Source: Eledone cirrhosa
Lineage: Eukaryota
Reading direction: 5' to 3'
DNA length: 64,000 nt
Assembly: GCA_964016885.1 (NCBI GenBank)
Contig: OZ024740.1
Location: 8,866,001-8,930,000 of the forward strand
The notes beneath the pieces were generated by a model. The model made no database searches. It was not told the DNA's origin and saw nothing but the letters and a program-made list of their open reading frames with translations. Position 1 is the first letter of the stretch, and every line of letters begins with the position of its first letter. Position numbers and translations under genes: made by a program. Positions 1-15,850 of this stretch are shown here, piece by piece.

Positions 1-3000
1 TATTGGTATAACAGTTTCGATTGGCATATCAATTTCGATTGGTATATCACTTTCGATTGGTATGTCAGTTTCTATTTGTATATCAGTATCTTTTGTATGT
101 CAGTTTCGATTGGTATGTCATTTTCTATTGGTATATCAGTTTTTATTGGTATGTTAGATTCTATTGGTATGTCAGGTCCGATTGGTATGTTAGTCCGCGA
201 TTCGTACGTCAGTTTCTATTGGTATATCAATTTTGATTGGTATGTCAGTTTCTATTGGTCTGTCAGTTTCTATTGGTATATCAGTTTCGATTGGTATGTC
301 AGTTTCGATTAGTATATCAGTTTCTATTGGTATGTCAGTTTCTATTGGTATATCAATTTCGATTGGTATATCAGTTTCTATTGGTATGTCAGTTTCGATT
401 CGTATGTCAGTTTCGATTGGTACATCAGTTTCGATTGGTAAGTCAGTTTCGATTTGTATGTCAATTTTGATTGGTATGTCAGTTTCGATTAGTATGTCAG
501 TTTTGATATGTATGTCAGTTTCTATTGGTATATCAGTTTTGATTGGTATATCAGTTTCTATTGGTATATCAGTTCCGATTGGTATGTCAGTTTCGATTGG
601 TATATCAGTTTCTATTGGTATATCAGTTTCGATTGATATACCAGTTTCGATTAGTATGTCAGTTTCTATTAGTATGTCAGTTTCGATTAGTATATCAGTT
701 TCTATTGGTATGCCAGTTTCGATTTGTATGTCAGTTTCTATTGGTATATCAGTTTCGATTGGTATATCAGTTTCGATTGGTATATCAGTTTCGATTGGTA
801 TGTCAGTTTATATTGGTATGTCAGTTTCTATTGGTATGTCACTTTCAATTGGTATATCAGTTTCGATTGATATGTCAGTTTTATTGGTATGTCAATTTCG
901 ATTGGTATATCAGTTTCGATTGGTATGTCAGTCTCTATTGGTATATCAGTTTATATTTGTATGTCAGTTTCGATTGGTATGTCAGTTTCTATTGGTATAC
1001 CAGTTTTGATTGGTATGTTAGTTTCTATTGGTATATCAATTTCGATTGGTAGGTCAGTTTCTATTGGTATATCAGTTTCTATTGGTATGTCAGTTTTGAT
1101 TGGTATGTCAGTTTCTATTGGTATGTCAGTTTCTATTGGTATATCAGTTTCGATTGTTATATCAGTTTCTATTGTTACATCAGTTCCGATTGGTATATCA
1201 GTTTCGATTAGTATATCAGGTACTATTGGTATATCAGTCCCGATTGGTATATCAGTTTCGATTGGTATGTCAGTTCCTATTGGTATATCAGTCTCGATTG
1301 ATATATCAGTTTCAATTAGTATGTCAGTTTCTATTGGTATGATAGTTTCGATTAGTATATCAGTTTCTACTGGTATATCAGTTTCGATTGGTATGTCAGT
1401 TTCTATTGGTATGTCAGTTTCTATTGGTATATCGATTTCGATTGGTAGGTCAGTTTCTATTGGTATGTCAGTTTCAATTTGTATGTCAGTTTCTATTGGT
1501 ATGTCAGTTTCTATTGATATATCAGTTTCTATTTGTATCTCAGTTTCGATTGGTATGTCAGTTTCTATTGGTATATCAGTTTCGATTGGTAAGTTAGTTT
1601 CTATTGTTATGTCAGTTTCGATTAGTTTATCAGTTTCTACTGGTATATCAGTTTCGATTGGTATGTCAGTTTCTATTGGTATGTCAGTTTCTATTGGTAT
1701 ATCGATTTCGATTGATATGTCAGTTTCGATTTGTTTGTCAGTTTCTATTGGTATATCAGTTTCGATTGGTATGTCAGTTTTGATTGGTATGTCAGTTTCT
1801 ATTATTATATCAGTTTCTATTGGTATGTGAGTTTAAATTGGTATATCAGTTTCTATTGGTATATCAGTTCCGATTGGTATATCAGTTTCGATTGGTATAT
1901 CAGTTTCTATTGGTATATCAGTTCCGATTGGTATATCAGTTTCAATTGGTATGTCAGTTTCTATTGGTATATCAGTTTCGATTGATATATCAGTTTCAAT
2001 TAGTATGTCAGTTTCTATTGGTATGTCAGTTTCGATTAGTATATCAGTTTCTATTGGTATGTCAGTTTCGATTTGTATGTCAGTTTCTATTGGTATATCA
2101 GTTTTGATTGGTATATCAGTTTTGATTGGTATATCAGTTTCGATTGGTATGTCAGTTTCGATTAGTATATCAGTTTCTATTGGTATGTCAGTTTCGATTG
2201 GTATGTTAGTCCTCGATTTGTATGTCAGTTTCTATTGGTATATCAATTTTGATTGGTATGTCAGTTTCTATTGGTATGTCAGTTTCTATTGGTATATCAA
2301 TTTCGATTGGTATTTCAGTTTCGATTTGTATATCAGTTTCGATTCGTATGTCAATTTCGATTGGTATGTCAGTTTCGATTGGTATATCAGTTTCGATTGA
2401 TATATTAGTTTCGATTGGTATATCGGTTTCCATTGGTATATCAGTTTTGATTGGTATATCAGTTTCTATTGTTATATCAGTTTCTATTGGTATGTCAGTT
2501 TCGAATGGTATGTCAGTTTCTATTGCTGTATCAGTTTTGATTGGTATATCAGTTTCTATTGGTATATCAGTTCCGATTGGTATATCAGTTTCGATTGGTA
2601 TATCAGTTTCTATTGGTATATCAGTTCCGATTGGTATATCAGTTTCGATTGGTACGTCAGTTTCTATTGGTATATCAGTTTCGATTGGCATATCAATTTC
2701 GATTGGTATATCACTTTCGATTGGTATGTCAGTTTCTATTTGTATATCAGTATCTTTTGTATGTCAGTTTCGATTGGTATGTCATTTTCTATTGGTATAT
2801 CAGTTTTTATTGGTATGTTAGATTCTATTGGTATGTCAGGTCCGATTGGTATGTTAGTCCGCGATTCGTACGTCAGTTTCTATTGGTATATCAATTTTGA
2901 TTGGTATGTCAGTTTCTATTGGTCTGTCAGTTTCTATTGGTATATCAGTTTCGATTGGTATGTCAGTTTCGATTAGTATATCAGTTTCTATTGGTATGTC

Positions 3001-6000
3001 AGTTTCTATTGGTATATCAATTTCGATTGGTATATCAGTTTCTATTGGTATGTCAGTTTCGATTCGTATGTCAGTTTCGATTGGTACATCAGTTTCGATT
3101 GGTAAGTCAGTTTCGATTTGTATGTCAATTTTGATTGGTATGTCAGTTTCGATTAGTATGTCAGTTTTGATATGTATGTCAGTTTCTATTGGTATATCAG
3201 TTTTGATTGGTATATCAGTTTCTATTGGTATATCAGTTCCGATTGGTATGTCAGTTTCGATTGGTATATCAGTTTCTATTGGTATATCAGTTTCGATTGA
3301 TATACCAGTTTCGATTAGTATGTCAGTTTCTATTGGTATGTCAGTTTCGATTAGTATATCAGTTTCTATTGGTATGCCAGTTTCGATTGGTATGTCAGTT
3401 TCTATTGGTATATCAGTTTCGATTGGTATATCAGTTTCGATTGGTATATCAGTTTCGATTGGTATGTCAGTTTTATTGGTATGTCAATTTCGATTGGTAT
3501 ATCAGTTTCGATTGGTATGTCAGTCTCTATTGGTATATCAGTTTATATTTGTATGTCAGTTTCGATTGGTATGTCAGTTTCAATTGGTATACCAGTTTTG
3601 ATTGGTATGTTAGTTTCTATTGGTATGTCAGTTCCGATTGGTATGTTAGTCCTCGATTCGTATGTCAGTTTCTATTGGTATATCAATTTCTATTGGTATG
3701 TCAGTTTTGATTGGTATGTCAGTTTCTATTGGTATATCAGTTTCGATTGTTATATCAGTTTCTATTGTTACATCAGTTCCGATTGGTATATCAGTTTCGA
3801 TTAGTATATCAGTTTCTATTGGTATATCAGTCCCGATTGGTATATCAGTTTCGATTGGTATGTCAGTTTCTATTGGTATATCAGTCTCGATTGATATATC
3901 AGTTTCAATTAGTATGTCAGTTTCTAATGGTATGTCAGTTTCGATTAGTATATCAGTTTCTATTGGTATATCAGTTTCGATTGGTATGTCAGTTTCTATT
4001 GGTATATCAGTTTCGATTGTTATATCAGTTTCGATTGGTATATAAGTTGCGATTGGTATGTCAGTTTCTATTGGTATGTCAGTTTCTATTGGTATATCGA
4101 TTTCAATTGGTAGGTCAGTTTCTATTGGTATGTCAGTTTCAATTTGTATGTCAGTTTCTATTGGTATGTCAGTTTCTATTGGTATATCAGTTTCGATTGG
4201 TAAGGTAGTTTCTATTGTTATGTCAGTTTCTATTATTATATCAGTTTCTATTGGTATGTGAGTTTAAATTGGTATATCAGTTTCTATTGGTATATCAGTT
4301 CCGATTGGTATATCAGTTTCGTTTGGTATATCAGTTCCTATTGATATATCAGTTCCGATTGGTATATCAGTTTCAATTGGTATGTCAGTTTCTATTGGTA
4401 TATCAGTTTCAATTTTTATATCAGTTTCGATTAGTATGTCAGTTTCTATTGGTATGTCAGTTTCGATTAGTATATCAGTTTCTATTGGTATGTCAGTTTC
4501 GATTGGTATGTCAGTTTCTATTGGTATATCAGTTTTGATTGGTATATCAGTTTTGATTGGTATATCAGTTTCGATTGGTTTGTCAGTTTCGATTAGTATA
4601 TCAGTTTCTATTGGTATGTCAGTTTCGATTGGTATGTTAGTCCTCTATTTGTATGTCAGTTTCTATTGGTATATCAATTTCGATTGGTATGTCAGTTTCT
4701 ATTGGTATGTCAGTTTCTATTGGTATATCAGTTCCGATTGGTATGTCAGTTTCGATTGGTATATCAGTTTCTATTGGTATATCAGTTTCGATTGATATAC
4801 CAGTTTCGATTAGTATGTCAGTTTCTATTGGTATGTCAGTTTTGATTAGCATATCAGTTTCTATTGGTATGCCAGTTTCGATTGGTATGTCAGTTTCTAT
4901 TGGTATATCAGTTTCGATTGGTATATCAGTTTCGATTGGTATATCAGTTTCGATTGGTATGTCAGTTTATATTGGTAGGTCAGTTTCTATTGGTATGTCA
5001 CTTTCAATTGGTATATAATTTTCGATTGATATGTCAGTTTTATTGGTATGTCAATTTCGATTGGTATATCAGTTTCGATTGGTATGTCAGTCTCTATTTG
5101 TATATCAGTTTATATTTGTATGTCAGTTTCGATTGGTATGCCAGTTTCTATTGGTATATCAGTTTTTATTGGTATGTTAGTTTCTATTGGTATGTCAGTT
5201 CCGATTGGTATGTTAGTCCGCGATTCGTACGTCAGTTTCTATTGGTTTATCAATTTCGATTGGTATGTCAGTTTCTATTGCTCTGTTAGTTTCTATTGGT
5301 ATATCAGTTTCTATTGGTATGTCAATTTTGATTAGTATGTCAGTTTCTATTGGTATATCAGTTTCGATTGGTATATCAGTTTCTATTGGTATATCTGTTC
5401 CGATTGGTCTATCAGTTTCGATTGGTATGTCAGTTTCGATTAGTATATCAGTTTCTATTGGTATGTTAGTTATGATTGGTATGTCAGTTTCTATTGGTAT
5501 ATCAGTTTCTATTGGTATATCAGTTTCTATTGGTATGTCAGTTTCTATTGGTATGTCACTTTCTATTGGTATGTTAGTCCTCGTTTTGTATGTCAGTTTC
5601 GATTTGTATATCAGTTTCGATTCGTATGTCAGTTTCGATTGGTATGTCAGTTTCGATTGTTATGTCAGTTTCGATTTGTATGTCAGTTTCGATTGGTATA
5701 TCAGTTTCGATTAGTATGTCAGTATCTATTGGTATGTCGGTTTCCATTGGTATATCAGTTTCAATTGGTATGTCAGTTTCTATTAGTATATCAGTTTCTA
5801 TTGGTATGTGAGTTTTGATAGGTATGTCAGTTTCTATTGGTATATCAGTTTTGATTGGTATATCAGTTTCTATCGGTATATCAGTTCCGATTGGTATGTC
5901 AGTTTCGATTGGTATATCAGTTTCTATTGGTATATCAGTTTCGATTGATATACCAGTTTTGATTAGTATGTCAGTTTCTATTGGTATGTCAGTTTCGATT

Positions 6001-9000
6001 AGTATATCAGTTTCTATTGGTATGCCAGTTTCGATTTGTATGTCAGTTTCTAATGGTATATCAGTTTCGATTGGTATATCAGTTTCGATTGGTATATCAG
6101 TTTCGATTGGTATGTCAGTTTATATTGGTATGTCAGTTTCTATTGGTATGTCACTTTCAATTGGTATATCAGTTTCGATTGATATGTCAGTTTTATTGGT
6201 ATGTCAATTTCGATTGGTATATCAGTTTCGATTCGTATGTCAGTCTCTATTGGTATATCAGTTTATATTTGTATGTCAGTTTCGATTGGTATGTCAGTTT
6301 CTATTGGTATACCAGTTTTGATTGGTATGTTAGTTTCTATTGTTATGTCAGTTCCGATTGGTATGTTAGTCCTCGATTCGTATGTCAGTTTCTATTGGTA
6401 TATCAATTTCGATTGGTAGGTCAGTTTCTATTGGTATATCAGTTTCTAGTGGTATGTCAGTTTTGATTGGTATGTCAGTTTCTATTGGTATATCAGTTTA
6501 GATTGTTATATCAGTTTCTATTGTTACATCAGTTCCGATTGGTATATCAGTTTCGATTAGTATATCAGTTTCTATTGGTATATCAGTCCCGATTGGTATA
6601 TCAGTTTCGATTGGTATATCAGTTTTTATTGGTATGTTAGTTTCTATTGGTATGTCAGTTCCGATTGGTATGTTAGTCCGCGATTCGTACGTCAGTTTCT
6701 ATTGGTTTATCAATTTCGATTGGTATGTCAGTTTCTATTGCTCTGTTAGTTTCTATTGGTATATCAGTTTCTATTGGTATGTCAATTTTGACTAGTATGT
6801 CAGTTTCTATTGGTATATCAGTTTCGATTGGTATATCAGTTTCTATTGGTATATCTGTTCCGATTGGTCTATCAGTTTCGATTGGTATGTCAGTTTCGAT
6901 TAGTATATCAGTTTCTATTGGTATGTCAGTTATGATTGGTATGTCAGTTTCTATTGGTATATCAGTTTCTATTGGTATATCAGTTTCTATTGGTATGTCA
7001 GTTTCTATTGGTATGTCACTTTCTATTGGTATGTTAGTCCTCGTTTTGTATGTCAGTTTCTATTGGTATATCAATTTCGATTGGTATGTCAGTTTCTATT
7101 GGTATGTCAGTTTCTATTGGTATATCAATTTCGATTGGTATGTCAGTTTCGATTTGTATATCAGTTTCGATTCGTATGTCAGTTTCGATTGGTATGTCAG
7201 TTTCGATTGTTATGTCAGTTTCGATTTGTATGTCAGTTTCGATTGGTATATCAGTTTCGATTAGTATGTCAGTATCTATTGGTATGTCGGTTTCCATTGG
7301 TATATCAGTTTCAATTGGTATGTCAGTTTCTATTGGTATATCAGTTTCTATTGGTATGTCCGTTTTGATAGGTATGTCAGTTTCTATTGGTATATCAGTT
7401 TTGATTGGTATATCAGTTTCTATCGGTATATCAGTTCCGATTGGTATGTCAGTTTCGATTGGTATATCAGTTTCTATTGGTATATCAGTTTCGATTGGTA
7501 TATCAGTTTCTATCGGTATATCAGTTCCGATTGGTATGTCAGTTTCGATTGGTATATCAGTTTCTATTGTTACATCAGTTCCAATTGGTATATCAGTTTC
7601 TATTGGTATGTCAGTTTCGATTAGTATATCAGTTTCTATTGGTATATCAGTTTCGATTGGTATGTCAGTTTCTATTGGTATATCAGTTTCGATTGGTATA
7701 TCAGTTTCGATTGGTATATAAGTTTCGATTAGTATATCAGTTTCTATTGGTATATCAGTTTCTATTGGTATGTCAGTTTCAATTTGTATGTCAGTTTCTA
7801 TTGGTATGTCAGTTTCTATTGATATATCAGTTTCTATTTGTATGTCAGTTTCGATTGGTATGTCAGTTTCTATTGGTATATCAGTATCGATTGGTAAGTT
7901 AGTTTCTATTGTTATGTCAGTTTCGATTAGTATATCACTTTCTATTGGCATGTCAGTTTCGATTGGTATGTCAGTTTCGATTGGTTTGTCAGTTTCTATT
8001 GGTATATGAGTTTCGATTGGTATGTCAGTTTTGATTGGTATGTCAGTTTCTATTATTATATCAGTTTCTATTGGTATGTGAGTTTAAATTGGTATATCAG
8101 TTTCTATTGGTATATCAGTTCCGATTGGTATATCAGTTTCGATTGGTATATCAGTTTCTATTGGTATATCAATTCCGATTGGTATATCAGTTTCAATTGG
8201 TATGTCAGTTTCTATTGGTATATCAGTTTCGATTGATATATCAGTTTCGATTAGTATGTCAGTTTCTATTGGTATGTCAGTTTCGATTAGTATATCAGTT
8301 TCTATTGGTATGTCAGTTTCGATTTGTATGTCAGTTTCTATTGGTATATCAGTTTTGATTGGTATATCAGTTTTGATTGGTATATCAGTTTCGATTGGTA
8401 TGTCAGTTTCGATTAGTATATCAGTTACTATTGGTATGTCAGTTTCGATTGGTACGTCAGTTTCTATTGGTATGTCAGTTTCTATTGGTATATCAATTTC
8501 GATTGGTATTTCAGTTTCCATTGGTATATCAGTTTTGATTGGTATATCAGTTTCTATTGTTATATCAGTTTCTATTGGTATGTCAGTTTCGAATGGTATG
8601 TCAGTTTCTATTGCTATGTCAGTTTCGATTGGTATATCTGTTTCTATTGGTATATCAGTTCCGATTGGTATATCTGTTTCGATTGGTATATCAGTTTCTA
8701 TTAGTATATCAGTTCCGATTGGTATATCAGTTTCGATTGGTATGTCAGTTTCTATTGGTATATCAGTTTCGATTGGCATATCAGTTTTGATTGGTATATC
8801 AGTTTTTCGATTGGTATGTCAGTTTCTATTGGTATGTCAGTTTCTATTGGTATGTCAGTTTCGATTGGTATGTCAGTTTTATTGGTATGTCAATTTCGAT
8901 TGGTATATCACTTTCGATTGGTATGTCAGTTTCTATTTGTATATCAGTTTCTTTTGTATGTCAGTTTCGATTGGTATGTCAGTTTCTATTGGTATATCAG

Positions 9001-12000
9001 TTTTTATTGGTATGTTAGATTCTATTGGTATGTCAGGTCCGATTGGTATGTTAGTCCACGATTCGTATGTCAGTTTCTATTGGTATATCAATTTCGATTG
9101 GTATGTCAGTTTCTATTGGTCTGTCAGTTTCTATTGGTATATCAGTTTCGATTGGTATGTCAGTTTTGATTAGTATATCAGTTTCTATTGATATATCAGT
9201 TTCTATTGGTATATCAATTTCGATTGGTATATCAGTTTCTATTGGTATGTCAGTTTCGATTCGTATGTCAGTTTCGATTGGTACATCAATTTCGATTGGT
9301 AAGTCAGTTTCGATTTGTATGTCAGTTTTGATAGTTATGTCAGTTTCTATTGGTATATCAGTTTTGATTGGTATATCAGTTTCTATTGGTATATCAGTTC
9401 CGATTGGTATGTCAATTTTGATTGGTATGTCAGTTTCGATTAGTATGTCAGTTTTGATAATTATGTCAGTTTCTATTGGTATATCAGTTCCGATTGGTAT
9501 GTCAGTTTCGATTGGTATATCAGTTTCTATTGGTATATCAGTTTCGATTGATATACCAGTTTCGATTAGTATGTCAGTTTCTATTGGTATGTCAGTTTCG
9601 ATTAGTATATCAGTTTCTATTGGTATGTCAGTTTCGATTAGTATGCCAGGTTCGATTGGTATGTCAGTTTCTATTGGTATATCAGTTTTGATTGTTATAT
9701 CAGCTTCGATTGGTATATCAGTTTCGATTGGTATATCAGTTTATATTTGTATGTCAGTTTATATTGGTATGTCAGTTTCTATTGGTATGTCACTTTCAAT
9801 TGGTATATCAGTTTCGATTGATATGTCAGTTTTATTGGTATGTCAATTTCGATTGGTATATCAGTTTCGATTGGTATGTCAGTGTCTATTGGTATATCAG
9901 TTTATATTTGTATGTCAGTTTCGATTGGTATGCCAGTTTCTATTGGTATATCAGTTTTTATTGGTATGTTAGTTTCTATTGGTATGTCAGTTCCGATTGG
10001 TATGTTAGTCCGCGATTCGTACGTCAGTTTCTATTGGTTTATCAATTTCGATTGGTATGTCAGTTTCTATTGCTCTGTTAGTTTCTATTGGTATATCAGT
10101 TTCTATTGGTATGTCAATTTTGATTAGTATGTCAGTTTCTATTGGTATATCAGTTTCGATTGTTATATCAGTTTCTATTGGTATATCTGTTCCGATTGGT
10201 CTATCAGTTTCGATTGGTATGTCAGTTTCGATTAGTATATCAGTTTCTATTGGTATGTCAGTTATGATTAGTATGTCAGTTTCTATTGGTATATCAGTTT
10301 CTATTGGTATATCAGTTTCTATTGGTATGTCAGTTTCTATTGGTATGTCACTTTCTATTGGTATGTTAGTCCTCGTTTTGTATGTCAGTTTCTATTGGTA
10401 TATCAATTTCGATTGGTATGTCAGTTTCTATTGGTATGTCAGTTTCTATTGGTATATCAATTTCGATTGGTATGTCAGTTTCGATTTGTATATCAGTTTC
10501 GATTCGTATGTCAGTTTCGATTGGTATGTCAGTTTCGATTGTTATGTCAGTTTCGATTTGTATGTCAGTTTCGATTGGTATATCAGTTTCGATTAGTATG
10601 TCAGTATCTATTGGTATGTCGGTTTCCATTGGTATATCAGTTTCAATTGGTATGTCAGTTTCTATTAGTATATCAGTTTCTATTGGTATGTCAGTTTTGA
10701 TAGGTATGTCAGTTTCTATTGGTATATCAGTTTTGATTGGTATATCAGTTTCTATCGGTATATCAGTTCCGATTGGTATGTCAGTTTCGATTGGTATATC
10801 AGTTTCTATTGGTATATCAGTTTCGATTGATATACCAGTTTTGATTAGTATGTCAGTTTCTATTGGTATGTCAGTTTCGATTAGTATATCAGTTTCTATT
10901 GGTATGCCAGTTTAGATTTGTATGTCAGTTTCTAATGGTATATCAGTTTCGATTGGTATATCAGTTTCGATTGGTATATCAGTTTCGATTGGTATGTCAG
11001 TTTATATTGGTATGTCAGTTTCTATTGGTATGTCACTTTCAATTGGTATATCAGTTTCGATTGATATGTCAGTTTTATTGGTATGTCAATTTCGATTGGT
11101 ATATCAGTTTCGATTCGTATGTCAGTCTCTATTGGTATATCAGTTTATATTTGTATGTCAGTTTCGATTGGTATGTCAGTTTCTATTGGTATACCAGTTT
11201 TGATTGGTATGTTAGTTTCTATTGTTATGTCAGTTCCGATTGGTATGTTAGTCCTCGATTCGTATGTCAGTTTCTATTGGTATATCAATTTCGATTGGTA
11301 GGTCAGTTTCTATTGGTATATCAGTTTCTAGTGGTATGTCAGTTTTGATTGGTATGTCAGTTTCTATTGGTATATCAGTTTCGATTGTTATATCAGTTTC
11401 TATTGTTACATCAGTTCCGATTGGTATATCAGTTTCGATTAGTATATCAGTTTCTATTGGTATATCAGTCCCGATTGGTATATCAGTTTCGATTGGTATA
11501 TCAGTTTTTATTGGTATGTTAGTTTCTATTGGTATGTCAGTTCCGATTGGTATGTTAGTCCGCGATTCGTACGTCAGTTTCTATTGGTTTATCAATTTCG
11601 ATTGGTATGTCAGTTTCTATTGCTCTGTTAGTTTCTATTGGTATATCAGTTTCTATTGGTATGTCAATTTTGATTAGTATGTCAGTTTCTATTGGTATAT
11701 CAGTTTCGATTGGTATATCAGTTTCTATTGGTATATCTGTTCCGATTGGTCTATCAGTTTCGATTGGTATGTCAGTTTCGATTAGTATATCAGTTTCTAT
11801 TGGTATGTCAGTTATGATTGGTATGTCAGTTTCTATTGGTATATCAGTTTCTATTGGTATATCAGTTTCTATTGGTATGTCAGTTTCTATTGGTATGTCA
11901 CTTTCTATTGGTATGTTAGTCCTCGTTTTGTATGTCAGTTTCTATTGGTATATCAATTTCGATTGGTATGTCAGTTTCTATTGGTATGTCAGTCTCTATT

Positions 12001-15000
12001 GGTATATCAATTTCGATTGGTATGTCAGTTTCGATTTGTATATCAGTTTCGATTCGTATGTCAGTTTCGATTGGTATGTCAGTTTCGATTGTTATGTCAG
12101 TTTCGATTTGTATGTCAGTTTCGATTGGTATATCAGTTTCGATTAGTATGTCAGTATCTATTGGTATGTCGGTTTCCATTGGTATATCAGTTTCTATTGG
12201 TATGTCCGTTTTGATAGGTATGTCAGTTTCTATTGGTATATCAGTTTTGATTGGTATATCAGTTTCTATCGGTATATCAGTTCCGATTGGTATGTCAGTT
12301 TCGATTGGTATATCAGTTTCTATTGGTATATCAGTTTCGATTGGTATATCAGTTTCTATCGGTATATCAGTTCCGATTGGTATGTCAGTTTCGATTGGTA
12401 TATCAGTTTCTATTGTTACATCAGTTCCGATTGGTATATCAGTTTCTATTGGTATGTCAGTTTCGATTAGTATATCAGTTTCTATTGGTATATCAGTTTC
12501 GATTGGTATGTCAGTTTCTATTGGTATATCAGTTTCGATTGGTATATCAGTTTCGATTGGTATATAAGTTTCGATTAGTATATCAGTTTCTATTGGTATA
12601 TCAGTTTCTATTGGTATGTCAGTTTCAATTTGTATGTCAGTTTCTATTGGTATGTCAGTTTCTATTGATATATCAGTTTCTATTTGTATGTCAGTTTCGA
12701 TTGGTATGTCAGTTTCTATTGGTATATCAGTATCGATTGGTAAGTTAGTTTCTATTGTTATGTCAGTTTCGATTAGTATATCACTTTCTATTGGCATGTC
12801 AGTTTCGATTGGTATGTCAGTTTCGATTGGTTTGTCAGTTTCTATTGGTATATGAGTTTCGATTGGTATGTCAGTTTTGATTGGTATGTCAGTTTCTATT
12901 ATTATATCAGTTTCTATTGGTATGTGAGTTTAAATTGGTATATCAGTTTCTATTGGTATATCAGTTCCGATTGGTATATCAGTTTCGATTGGTATATCAG
13001 TTTCTATTGGTATATCAGTTCCGATTGGTATATCAGTTTCAATTGGTATGTCAGTTTCTATTGGTATATCAGTTTCGATTGATATATCAGTTTCGATTAG
13101 TATGTCAGTTTCTATTGGTATGTCAGTTTCGATTAGTATATCAGTTTCTATTGGTATGTCAGTTTCGATTTGTATGTCAGTTTCTATTGGTATATCAGTT
13201 TTGATTGGTATATCAGTTTTGATTGGTATATCAGTTTCGATTGGTATGTCAGTTTCGATTAGTATATCAGTTACTATTGGTATGTCAGTTTCGATTGGTA
13301 CGTCAGTTTCTATTGGTATGTCAGTTTCTATTGGTATATCAATTTCGATTGGTATTTCAGTTTCCATTGGTATATCAGTTTTGATTGGTATATCAGTTTC
13401 TATTGTTATATCAGTTTCTATTGGTATGTCAGTTTCGAATGGTATGTCAGTTTCTATTGCTATGTCAGTTTCGATTGGTATATCTGTTTCTATTGGTATA
13501 TCAGTTCCGATTGGTATATCTGTTTCGATTGGTATATCAGTTTCTATTAGTATATCAGTTCCGATTGGTATATCAGTTTCGATTGGTATGTCAGTTTCTA
13601 TTGGTATATCAGTTTCGATTGGCATATCAGTTTTGATTGGTATATCAGTTTTTCGATTGGTATGTCAGTTTCTATTGGTATGTCAGTTTCTATTGGTATG
13701 TCAGTTTCGATTGGTATGTCAGTTTTATTGGTATGTCAATTTCGATTGGTATATCACTTTCGATTGGTATGTCAGTTTCTATTTGTATATCAGTTTCTTT
13801 TGTATGTCAGTTTCGATTGGTATGTCAGTTTCTATTGGTATATCAGTTTTTATTGGTATGTTAGATTCTATTGGTATGTCAGGTCCGATTGGTATGTTAG
13901 TCCACGATTCGTACGTCAGTTTCTATTGGTATATCAATTTCGATTGGTATGTCAGTTTCTATTGGTCTGTCAGTTTCTATTGGTATATCAGTTTCGATTG
14001 GTATGTCAGTTTTGATTAGTATATCAGTTTCTATTGATATATCAGTTTCTATTGGTATATCAATTTCGATTGGTATATCAGTTTCTATTGGTATGTCAGT
14101 TTCGATTCGTATGTCAGTTTCGATTGGTACATCAATTTCGATTGGTAAGTCAGTTTCGATTTGTATGTCAGTTTTGATAGTTATGTCAGTTTCTATTGGT
14201 ATATCAGTTTTGATTGGTATATCAGTTTCTATTGGTATATCAGTTCCGATTGGTATGTCAATTTTGATTGGTATGTCAGTTTCGATTAGTATGTCAGTTT
14301 TGATAATTATGTCAGTTTCTATTGGTATATCAGTTCCGATTGGTATGTCAGTTTCGATTGGTATATCAGTTTCTATTGGTATATCAGTTTCGATTGATAT
14401 ACCAGTTTCGATTAGTATGTCAGTTTCTATTGGTATGTCAGTTTCGATTAGTATATCAGTTTCTATTGGTATGTCAGTTTCGATTAGTATGCCAGGTTCG
14501 ATTGGTATGTCAGTTTCTATTGGTATATCAGTTTCGATTGTTATATCAGCTTCGATTGGTATATCAGTTTCGATTGGTATATCAGTTTATATTTGTATGT
14601 CAGTTTATATTGGTATGTCAGTTTCTATTGGTATGTCACTTTCAATTGGTATATCAGTTTCGATTGATATGTCAGTTTTATTGGTATGTCAATTTCGATT
14701 GGTATATCAGTTTCGATTGGTATGTCAGTTTCTATTGGTATACCAGTTTTGATTGGTATGTTAGTTTCTATTGGTATGTCAGTTCCGATTGGTATGTTAG
14801 TCCTCGATTCGTATGTCAGTTTCTATTGGTATATCAATTTCGATTGGTAGGTCAATTTCTATTGGTATATCAGTTTCTATTGGTATGTCAGTTTTGATTG
14901 GTATGTCAGTTTCTATTGTTATATCAGTTTCTATTGTTACATAAGTTCCGATTGGTATATCAGTTTCGATTAGTATATCAGTTTCTATTGGTATATCAGT

Positions 15001-15836
15001 CCCGATTGGTATATCAGTTTCGATTGGCATGTCAGTTTCTATTGGTATATCAGTCTCGATTGATATATCAGTTTCAATTAGTATGTCAGTTTCTATTGGT
15101 ATGTCAGTTTCGATTAGTATATCAGTTTCTGTTGGTATATCAGTTTCGATTGGTATGTCTGTTTCTATTGGTATATCAGTTTCGATTGGTATATCAGTTT
15201 CGATTGGTATATAAGTTTCGATTGGTATGTCAGTTTCTATTGGTATGTCAGTTTCTATTGGTATATTGATTTCGATTGGTAGGTCAGTTTCTATTGGTAT
15301 GTCAGTTTCAATTTGTATGTCAGTTTCTATTGGTATGTCAGTTTCTATTGATATATCAGTTTCTATTTGTATGTCAGTTTCGATTGGTATGTCAGTTTCT
15401 ATTGGTATATCAGTTTCGATTGGTAAGTTAGTTTCTATTGTTATGTCAGTTTCGATTAGTATATCACTTTCTATTGGCATGTCAGTTTCGATTGGTATGT
15501 CAGTTTCGATTGGTTTGTCAGTTTCTATTGGTATATGAGTTTCGATTGGTATGTCAGTTTTGATTGGTATGTCAGTTTCTATTATTATATCAGTTTCTAT
15601 TGGTATGTGAGTTTAAATTGGTATATCAGTTTCTATTGGTATATCAGTTCCGATTGGTATATCAGTTTCGATTGGTATATCAGTTTCTATTGGTATATCA
15701 GTTCCGATTGGTATATCAGTTTCAATTGGTATGTCAGTTTCTATTGGTATATCAGTTTCGATTGATATATCAGTTTCGATTAGTATGTCAGTTTCTATTG
15801 GTATGTCAGTTTCGATTAGTATATCAGTTTCTATTG
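1..15836. repeat. 18-bp tandem satellite, consensus ATTGGTATRTCAGTTTCK (block 1; continues beyond window start)
   Basis: Uninterrupted head-to-tail 18-mers read directly; occasional 17-bp variant monomers shift the frame; ends at ...CAGTTTCTATTG (15836). Confidence 0.99.
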
Positions 15837-15850
15837 TATCTCTCTCAGTT

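Noticed and set aside
180-215. CENP-B box in CpG-rich variant TTAGTCCGCGATTCGTACG or in TTCG-containing monomers
   Set aside because: Does not fit TTCG-N4-A-N2-CGGG.
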